Notes: generated by a model from the sequence alone, not told the origin. Counted from the stretch's first letter, positions 1 to 7,165 are shown. The stretch is 8,121 nt of DNA from Octopus sinensis (GCF_006345805.1 NW_021828590.1:1-8121); one strand, 5' to 3'. Program-made: numbers and translations.

Positions 1-546
1 TGATAAATGGTCTGAGAATCCGCTTGAGTTTTTGGCGATTTCCTATCAGTGACATACTGTTGGGTGGGGGTAGTGGGACATCACAAGATCTGGAGCAATC
101 TCCGTTCTAACAGTGCTGCGGATCTCTTTTTCCTTGTAAAGATCTGGAAGCTCTGGAGAATCGACTCGAATGAAGGGAATCCCATTTATAAACCAGATTA
201 AAATCTGTGATATGGGAAGTCCTCTGCGAAAACTTCTGCGAAATTATCGACAGAAACATCCTTTGTAGACAATTACTTGTAAAAGAGAAGACAATATTTG
301 GAACTGCATCTTCAAAATTCGTCTTATCGCTTGAATTAATTGAGTCAGCCGAAATGTCAATTTAAGAAGCTGACACGTGTACCGGCATAATCAGTGATAG
401 ATCTACCTTAATGACGACCTCTGCTGAAGCTGTCCGCCTACTGCTGATTTATGGATGAACAGGGGCGCGAAAAAGGCGGTCGAGAATTGAAGTGCAGAGA
501 GATACGAAATTGTGCAAGTATGTAATAGTGAGAAAGATAGATAAAT

Positions 547-621
547 AGAGAGAGAGAGAGAAAGAGAGAGGGAGGGAGGAGGTAGAGAAAAGAAGAGGAA
601 AAGTGAGAAGGGAGAGAGAGG
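547..621. repeat. (GA)n / polypurine low-complexity tract
   Basis: AGAGAGAGAGAGAGAAAGAGAGAGGGAGGGAGG..., within a purine-biased + strand stretch of about 480-800. Confidence 0.9.
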
Positions 622-884
622 TAGTGCGTAACTTTGACGGGAAAATGGTGCGAAAGATAAGAGGAAGGAAAGAGAACTGGAAGCAGAAATGTCTTACAAT
701 GAGGAACATGAAAAAGGATTACAATAGTAAAACTAACAGATCAGCACTGTGGTGGGAGTGGAGTGGAGGTGGGAGATGTATATATAAAGAAAGAGGCTTC
801 AGAAATTGGACACACCCACATACAAATTTCCACCCCCTCTCTCTGTCTCTATCTACCTATCTATCGGTCTCTATTACATACTTG

Positions 885-985
885 TATATATATATATATA
901 TATATATTAAATATATATATATATGTATTATATATTATATATATATGCTATAATATCTATTATATATATATATCTATATATATAT

Positions 986-1038
<53 letters not shown>

Positions 1039-1039
1039 C

Positions 1040-1081
<42 letters not shown>

Positions 1082-1126
1082 GCATATACATATACATTAT
1101 ATATACATACATATGCATATACATAT

Positions 1127-1159
<33 letters not shown>

Positions 1160-1238
1160 ATATTATATATATATATGCATAAACATATACCTATATATAT
1201 ATATATATATATATATACATACATATGCATATACATAT

Positions 1239-1270
<32 letters not shown>

Positions 1271-1281
1271 TATATGCATAA

Positions 1282-1332
<51 letters not shown>
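885..1332. repeat. Complex (TA)n/(CA)n microsatellite array
   Basis: About 450 bp of almost pure TA/CA dinucleotides with recurring TGCATA interruptions. It explains the YI-repeat ORFs. Confidence 0.97.
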
Positions 1333-1333
<1 letters not shown>

Positions 1334-1405
1334 AGTAGACGCATGCCCGCGAGTAGCTATAACTCGATACGTATACTAACAGTATGTAGTACGATAAAAC
1401 AAATA

Positions 1406-1468
1406 CACACACACACACACGCACACACGCACGCACCATAACAATACACGCACAAAGCACACACACAC
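1406..1468. repeat. Imperfect (CA)n microsatellite
   Basis: ACACACACACACACGCACACACGCACGCAC... seen directly. Confidence 0.85.
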
Positions 1469-1644
1469 CCGTCACTTCTCTGCCTTTGCTTCTTACAAAT
1501 GAAATCTTGTCCCACAAGATGACTATTTGAAAAGACCCGGTGCACTAAATTGTATGTTATACAAGAAGATTATACAGAATATATTTCTTCCTTGACCTAA
1601 ATTCTTGCTCGACAACTCAGCTACGCCATCAGAACAGTCAATAT

Positions 1645-1742
1645 CTATCTCTCCTTCTCTCACTTTATCCATCTGTCTTTTACTCTGTCTCTCTCTCTCT
1701 CTCTTTCTCTTCTGCTCTGTCTCATTCATGTTTTTTTTTTTT
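1645..1742. repeat. (CT)n / polypyrimidine tract ending in poly-T
   Basis: CTCTGTCTCTCTCTCTCTCTCTTTCTC followed by a T run at 1731-1742. Confidence 0.85.
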
Positions 1743-2075
1743 CTGTTGCTACATGTGTATCCTTTGACAAGTAAGTCCTTCTCTCCGCCACTTCTCCTAT
1801 CTTTACTGGCCAGTTTTCAAAGAACAACAAGAATAGATATAGTAGAATGCCGTAGAAAAAGATGAAGAAGAAGGAGAAAATAAAAGCCCCCCCCACACAC
1901 AAAAAAAATGAGGATTTAGAGAGAAAAACAAGATCAAGATTGAGACGACCAAGAAGGAAATTAAAACAGATTTGAGAAAAGAGATAAAGTCCAACGGACA
2001 AAGTAAATAAACTTGGGAGGTGTAGTAAAATAAACAGAAGTATAGTAATAGCTATGGGCAGCTGTAATAACCAGA

Positions 2076-2528
2076 AGGTATGAACCCTCCCATTAAGGCG
2101 GCGAGCTGGCAGAAACGTTAGCACGCCGGGCGAAACGCTTAGCGGTATTTCGTCTGCCGTTACGTTCTGAGTTCAAATTCCGCCGAGGTCGACTTTGCCT
2201 TTCATCCTTTCGGGGTCGATAAATTAAGTACCAGTTAGGCACTGGGGTCGATGTAATCGACTTAATACCTATGTCTGTCCTTGTTTGTCCCCTCTGTGTT
2301 TAGCCCCTTGTGGGTAATAAAGAAATAGGTATTTCATCAGCCGTTACGTTCTGAGTTCAAGTTCCGCCGAGGTCGACTTTGCCTTTCATCCTTTCGGGGT
2401 CGTTGAATTAAGTACCAGTTACGCTCTGGGGGTCGATGTAATCGACTTAATCCGTTCGTCTGTCCTACTTTGTCCTCTCTGTGTTTAGCCTCTTGTGGGT
2501 AGTAAAGAAATAGGCATGTACCCTCCTA
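2076..2528 (+). repeat. Putative target-site duplication flanking SINE A
   Basis: AGGTATGAACCCTCCCA (2076-2092) vs AGGCATGTACCCTCCTA (2512-2528), 14/17 identical. The left copy ends 4 bp before the SINE start; the right copy abuts the SINE end. Confidence 0.7.
2097..2514 (+). mobile_element. Dimeric tRNA-derived SINE (family A) with a Meta-domain-like core
   Basis: A-box-like TGGCAGAAACG at 2107-2117 and B-box GTTCAAATTCC at 2171-2181. GGTCGACTTTGCCTTTCATCCTTTCGGGGTCGATAAATTAAGTACCAG at 2187-2234 resembles the MetaSINE domain (recalled consensus). The second unit, 2328-2514, repeats 2144-2329 with a 184-bp period and about 90% identity by hand count. It ends in AATAAAGAAAT. Confidence 0.85.
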
Positions 2529-2638
2529 CATGACCAATAATAAACGAGAGATATCTGTGACCGAGAGATACTTGTCACTCAAGATCATAAAGAACGTCGT
2601 TTCGATTCCTAAGCCGAGCAATAAGTGGAAGCACGTTT

Positions 2639-2672
2639 TGTGTGTGTGTGTGTTGTGTGTGTTGTGTGTGTA
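2639..2672. repeat. Imperfect (GT)n microsatellite
   Basis: TGTGTGTGTGTGTGTTGTGTGTGTTGTGTGTG seen directly. Confidence 0.9.
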
Positions 2673-2796
2673 TGGATGAACGTCATTGTTTAGTTTTATG
2701 TCAAGATTTCTTGCTAAGAGAGGAAGAGCCGGTTTCTAACCCAGATCCAAGGCACCTTCATTGGAATTTCAACATCAACAACAGGGTATTTTTGCT

Positions 2797-2834
2797 TGTA
2801 TGTATGTATGGTATGTATGTATGTATGTATGCAT
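2797..2834. repeat. (TATG)n microsatellite
   Basis: TGTATGTATGTATGGTATGTATG... seen directly. Confidence 0.9.
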
Positions 2835-3340
2835 GGTCGGGCCGTCGGCGTCTAAACCGGCAACCCCACCAAGCTTGCTTGGTGAGGAGGGTGTTTATTG
2901 GACACCCTGCGGGATGAAAAACAAAGGGCGGAGGAACTCTTGAGAGTCAACGGCCATCCAATAAATGTCTTAAGGCTGTATCATGCGCGGGGACATAGAA
3001 ATAATCGGACTGAATACCCGATCGCGCGGTTAAACCGTTGGGAGTGAAGAACTCCTAACCTTTGTTAGGGCATCCTTCTAGGAGAAGGTAACTCAGGTAA
3101 CTGGGATAACTCCGACATAAAACCTGCGGCTCAGTGGTTACCGATGAGGTTGACTTGTTCTTCTTTTCGGATTATGGCTGCTGTTGCTTAGTGAGTGGGA
3201 TTGACTCAGTGCACAGCCTTTCCTCACTTTAAAAAAAATCTTCTTGCACAGGCATTGCATGATAACAACATTGATTAAGCTTCGTGCAATGGCCATACTC
3301 GATAACGAGGGGGCAGCCACCATGTACTGGTATACTCACA
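2835..3340 (+). mobile_element. Probable 5' UTR of an RTE-clade LINE (no ORF retained)
   Basis: TTAGGGCATCCTTCTAGGAGAAGGTAACTC...ATAAAACC (3065-3124) resembles the AGGGCAACC-TCTAGGAGAAGGAAAACTC-GA-AAACC motif I recall from RTE 5' regions. The segment is GC-richer and more structured than its flanks. Boundaries are approximate. Confidence 0.55.
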
Positions 3341-3342
3341 CA

Positions 3343-3790
3343 CGGTCCACTCAGCTGTAAATGCCATCATGTATCGAACACCTGTTGCGCATTGATGAGA
3401 CTACAAAGAAAATCTTTACAATTAAGCGTAAATTTTCCAGCTGCTTCGCCACTCTTTTCCAATCAGCTCTCTATATTATCCATCCACTGCATTCTATGCC
3501 TTCCTCTTGATCTATTGCCCCCTGTTCTTCCTTCCATGTCATGTTTTCCAAACCTCTGCGTCTTCGAATATAGCCATAATAGATGAGTTTTCGTTTTTTC
3601 ACAATGTTCACTTGTTGTCTTTCACCTTATTGTTGTTACATCCATTCAGTTATCCGTTGATTCTTGTCAGAGACTCATATCGTTCTGTTATGCGCCAACA
3701 TTTCAAAGATCTCTAGCTGTAAATGAGTTCTAGTAATAGCTAGGGAATTAACCCTGTGACAAACCGACGTCGGTCCAGGTGGGGACGGGA
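3343..3790 (+). mobile_element. Decayed V-domain-like SINE body interrupted by the RTE fragment
   Basis: Removing the RTE insert and one TSD gives GGTCCACTCAGCTGTAAATGAGTTCTAG...AACCCTGTGACAAACCGACGTCGGTCCAGGTG. This resembles SINE body motifs TCCAC(C/T)CAGCTGTAAATG(G/A)GTAC and the V-domain CCCTGTGATGGACTGGCGTCCTGTCCAGG (recalled consensus). No Pol III head is seen. Confidence 0.45.
3364..3714 (-). pseudogene. 5'-truncated RTE-clade LINE 3' end (decayed C-terminus of the RT ORF)
   Basis: Minus-strand translation EIFEMLAHNRTI*VSDKNQRITEWM*QQ*GERQQVNIVKKRKLIYYGYIRRRRGLENM, frameshift, MEGRTGGNRSRGRHRMQWMDNIES matches the RTE C-terminal pattern EAFEMW...KKRKLxYFGHIxRR..LE..MEG...G.R.RGR.R..W.D.I. 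It ends in an ACATGATG tail and is flanked by the exact 11-bp direct repeat AGCTGTAAATG (3353-3363, 3715-3725). Confidence 0.9.
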
Positions 3791-3818
3791 TGCCGGTCTT
3801 AGGAGTCCCAGGGCTCAT

Positions 3819-4350
3819 TGATAGACCTATGACAACAATATCTCTGACTAACGTTAATAAGTGAGTGATAGAAACTTATGACCAACAATAATTATGATAA
3901 GTAAGAAATGAGAGCTATCTATGACTGGGAATAAATGATACAACCATGTAACTAAAAGTTACTTATGACTTGTAATAACTAAGATTTCTCCATGATCCGT
4001 AACAAATGAGTTGTACGTGTGACCAGTAATAACTGATAGTTAGATTATCCGTAATCTGCATTGAGTGATACTTATGATCAGTATTAAATAAGTAATACAA
4101 TATTGTGATAACAGAATGATCTATGGTTTGTAAAAAAGGAGAGTTACTTATGACTTGTAATAACTAAGATTTCTCCATGATCCGTAACAAATGAGTTGTA
4201 CGTGTGACCAGTAATAACTGATAGTTAGATTATCCGTAATCTGCATTGAGTGATACATATGATCAGTATTAAATAAGTAATACAATATTGTGATAACAGA
4301 ATGATCTATGGTTTCTGATAAAAGAGAGTCACTTATGACTTGTAATAACA
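3819..4350 (+). repeat. Degenerate ~27-bp minisatellite with a 185-bp higher-order repeat
   Basis: 3957-4141 and 4142-4326 are tandem copies, and a third starts at 4327. Each unit divides into 7 monomers of 23-28 bp resembling GAG(T/A)GATA(C/T)(T/C)TATGACCAGTAATAAAT. Confidence 0.9.
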
Positions 4351-4527
4351 GAGAAATTATTGATTTATTTCATGGTTTTTTTTTTCCATCATTAATAACT
4401 GTGATGTCTGTCAAGAATCGTATTGTCTGATTCTAAAAATTGCTTGGTTCGATCCCCGCCAGAGTTTGCTGTACCGCTCATTCGTTCATAAAGAAGAACT
4501 GATAAATGTTGCTTATAAAATAATGTT

Positions 4528-4938
4528 AGGAGTGGCTGGGTGGTAAGTAGCTTGCTTACCAACCACATGGTTCCGAGTTCAGTCCCACTGCGTGGCATCT
4601 TGGGCAAGTGTCTTCTACTATAACCTCGGGCCGACCAAAGCTTTGTGAGTGGATTTGGTAGACGGAAACTGAAAGAAGTCCGTCGTATATATGTATATAT
4701 ATATATACATATGTGTGTGTATATGTTTGTGTGTCTGTTTGTCCCCCCAACATCACTTGACAACATATGGTGGTGTGTTTACGTCCCCGTAACTTAGCGG
4801 TTCGGCAAAGTACTTATTCGATAGAATAAGTACTAGGCTTACAAAGAATAAGTCTTGGGGGTCTATTTGCTCGACTAAAAGCGGTGCTCCAGCATGGCCG
4901 CAGTCAAATGACTGAAACAAGTAAAATAGTAAAAGAGT
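4528..4938 (+). mobile_element. tRNA-derived CORE-like SINE (family B; resembles octopus OR-type SINEs)
   Basis: A-box TGGCTGGGTGG at 4533-4543, B-box GTTCAGTCC at 4577-4585, CORE-like CTTGGGCAAGTG at 4599-4610, an internal TA/TG microsatellite, and an A-rich tail (AAGTAAAATAGTAAAAGAG). Confidence 0.85.
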
Positions 4939-4942
4939 ATAA

Positions 4943-4950
4943 ACACACAC

Positions 4951-4981
<31 letters not shown>

Positions 4982-5004
4982 AGCACACACACACACACAC
5001 ACAC
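4943..5004. repeat. (CA)n microsatellite
   Basis: Seen directly, immediately after the SINE B tail. Confidence 0.95.
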
Positions 5005-5092
5005 GTACAAATACACATATTCATTCAGGTGATATTATAGCCTCCTATGTCTTCACTTTTGGCTTCTTCCTTTCTGTGTGTGTCTTCTGTCT

Positions 5093-5364
5093 GTCTATAT
5101 ACATACACATATATATATATATACATGTATACATTTGTGTTTGTGTGTATGTATATATACTTACATACTAACACAGACACGCATACACACGTATATACAT
5201 ATAAGCGCGCCCACACAGACATATATTCATATATTTATACAAACATATGTAGATGTACTTAGAAATATATATATATATGTACTTATATGTACAATAGGTG
5301 TGTGTGTGTGTGTGTGTGTTTGTGTGTGTGTGTATGTGTGTGTGTGTGCATGCGTTGTGTGTGT
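5093..5364. repeat. Mixed (TA)/(CA)/(TG) microsatellite field ending in (TG)n at 5298-5364
   Basis: Seen directly. Confidence 0.9.
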
Positions 5365-5967
5365 ATCTGAGAGAATTTATACATGAAGGTAGATATAGAG
5401 CGACTGAGAAAATGTGCCCGGATGAATGAGACCAGCTCTGTTAGCTCTTTACACGCGAGTTAGTATTTAAATCTCATATGTCGTATTGAAAACTTTGATA
5501 TGAAAGGACGGAATATGTTAAAATGACATTTTATAGAGACTTCATTGAATAAATTGTGGACTGACAATGTTAAACAACAGTGCTCCAGTTGTTTTCGTCC
5601 CTGAGAAACAACATTGGCGTCAATCTATGTCGACACTCAGTTCAATAACCTGTTTACACGGGAACAAAACCAAAGCAGCCATTGAAAAATCTTTCTAAAA
5701 CTCACCAGACTGTTGAATAATGAATGCACTAACTTTATAAATACAACCGGAAGTTTTCATAGCACACGCGCTCCTTAGTGACTTGAACTACTCATAGCAA
5801 ATGTTGAAACATATTTTCAATTGTATATTTATCTAAGTAAAGCCTACTATACACAGAAAATCCATTTTCCTCTTTGGACGATCGTCTGCTTTTGTGTTGA
5901 GCCAATGAAATCATTCATAACTTTTTGGTGTGTTTTTCTCCTAAGTTTAGTTCTTTTCACTCCTCCT

Positions 5968-6296
5968 TCTGTTGGACTTTTATAACGAACTTCTCTGTAA
6001 TTTCATATATATGGTCACACACACATATATGATCTTGACTGAGAATTACGATAGAGGTAAAAGTGCTAGTTGAAATACTCAACCTCTTAATCCAGTGAGT
6101 AGATCCGTTGAGTTGATTACGAACGAAGATCTGTTGGACTTTATAATGAACTTCTCTGTAATTTCATATATATGGTCACACACACATATATGATCTTGAC
6201 TGAGAATTACGATAGAGGTAAAAGTGCTAGTTGAAATACTCAACCTCTTAATCCAGTGAGTAGATCCGTCGAGTTGATTACGAACGAAGATCTGTT
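5968..6296 (+). repeat. Near-perfect 161/162-bp tandem duplication
   Basis: 5968-6129 vs 6130-6290 differ by 2 substitutions and 1 indel. TCTGTT occurs at 5968, 6130 and 6291. Confidence 0.95.
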
Positions 6297-6325
6297 TATC
6301 ATTTGCTTATATTCGTAAACACACA

Positions 6326-6542
6326 CGAGGGGTACTGAAAAGGTCCTGGCTTTGGGTAAAAGAAAATACAGGAGGATCAATTGATTATGATTTTATTCAA
6401 CACATTTCCGCTCTCAGATTCACATACTCATTGGAGCGGTCCTTCAGTTTTTCTAGGCCCTGTAAAAGAACTCGGAATGTTGGGCCTTCCGGCCAGGCCT
6501 TTCGCGACACCCTTAAAGCCAGGAACTTTTCAGCACCCTTAG
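6326..6542 (-). mobile_element. Mariner (Tc1/mariner) internal-deletion derivative / MITE, 217 bp
   Basis: 28-bp terminal inverted repeats (TIRs): CGAGGGGTACTGAAAAGGTCCTGGCTTT vs the reverse complement of the right end, CTAAGGGTGCTGAAAAGTTCCTGGCTTT (24/28). TA on the right flank, CA on the left. Minus strand 6473-6393 reads EF[fs]LQGLEKLKDRSNEYVNLRAE[fs]VE*, like a mariner transposase C-terminus (G.EKL..RW.KCV...GEYVE*). Confidence 0.88.
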
Positions 6543-6596
6543 TACATAATGTTTGCAATTCGATTTCGAGTAATACTATCATTTGATTGTTCACTA

Positions 6597-6636
6597 ACAT
6601 TCTAACTATGGAGCTTTGTATCCATAGTTAGAATGT
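6597..6636. repeat. Perfect 16-bp inverted repeat with an 8-nt loop
   Basis: ACATTCTAACTATGGA-GCTTTGTA-TCCATAGTTAGAATGT. Confidence 0.95.
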
Positions 6637-6722
6637 GGTAGAGTCTGTTTTTGCCCGAAAATGACTGCCACAGAAGCAGACGATATTCTGATTGCGGTTA
6701 TTCTAGTTATCTTTCCGACAAT

Positions 6723-6766
6723 ATTTAAACTCAGACACAAACTATAGTTTGTGTCTGAGTTTAAAT
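6723..6766. repeat. Perfect 44-bp spacerless palindrome
   Basis: ATTTAAACTCAGACACAAACTA|TAGTTTGTGTCTGAGTTTAAAT. Confidence 0.97.
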
Positions 6767-6834
6767 CACATTGTTCCGAATTCAGTACCACTGCTTGGCA
6801 CCTTGCGCAAGTGACTTCTACTATTACACCGGGC
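6767..6834 (+). mobile_element. Truncated, diverged second copy of SINE B
   Basis: Aligns ungapped to 4564-4631 with 58/68 identity by hand count, covering the B-box and CORE-like segments. Confidence 0.85.
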
Positions 6835-6842
6835 TATATAAG

Positions 6843-6852
<10 letters not shown>

Positions 6853-6892
<40 letters not shown>

Positions 6893-6929
6893 TGTGTGTG
6901 TGTGTGTGTGCGTGCGTGTGTGTGTGTGT
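6853..6929. repeat. (TG)n microsatellite
   Basis: Seen directly. Confidence 0.95.
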
Positions 6930-7083
6930 ATGCGCGCGCTCGTGTGTATAAATGATAAACTTATGGAAAGTTTTACAGATTTTTACAGTTCCAGTGATGG
7001 ATTAGATCTGTAGTCCGCGAATTAGCTTTCTCGTTTCTGATTCTGAGAAGCCCAATTTCTCAAGATTGGTATTTAGGCAGTGT

Positions 7084-7165
7084 TATGCATGTATGTATGT
7101 ATGTATGGTATGTATGTATGTATGTATGTATGTATGTATGTATGTATGTATGTATGTATGTATGT
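7084..7165. repeat. (TATG)n microsatellite
   Basis: Seen directly; about 20 units. Confidence 0.95.

Noticed and set aside
1846-2010. E/K-rich reading (AVEKDEEEGENK...EKNKIKIETTKKEIKTDLRKEIK)
   Set aside because: It needs a frameshift, has flanking stops, and is expected from purine-rich composition; no family is recognised.
2923-2955. AAAGGGCGGAGGAACTC resembles the 5' end of vertebrate RNase P RNA
   Set aside because: There is no complementary P1 strand or CR-V motif about 300 nt downstream, so this is treated as a chance match.
2835-3150. Assignment of the structured leader to HDV, pistol, twister or hammerhead classes
   Set aside because: Required cores are missing: no P3/L3/P1.1 GG for HDV, no GCG after the pseudoknot for pistol, and no CUGANGA paired with GAAA for hammerhead.
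2043-3742. 12-bp direct match TAGTAATAGCTA at 2043-2054 and 3731-3742
   Set aside because: It barely extends, and exact 12-mers are expected by chance in 8 kb of AT-rich DNA.
3748-3774. TTAA|CCCT piggyBac-like end and 12-bp palindrome ACCGACGTCGGT (Helitron-like hairpin)
   Set aside because: No matching AGGG|TTAA end is in the window, the spacing to CTAG is atypical, and the segment is better explained as a V-domain-like SINE body.
3819-4350. CRISPR-like periodicity
   Set aside because: The monomers are degenerate and contiguous, with no conserved repeat and unique spacer alternation, no cas genes, and a eukaryotic context.
4446-4456. B-box-like GGTTCGATCCC
   Set aside because: No A-box or cloverleaf is found, so neither a tRNA nor a SINE can be supported.
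2569-6048. 18/21 inverted match between 2569-2589 and 6028-6048
   Set aside because: It is short, does not extend, and is compatible with chance.
2801-7110. Same extra-G interruption (TATGGTATG) in both (TATG)n arrays
   Set aside because: The flanks are unrelated, and a single-base slippage variant can recur independently.
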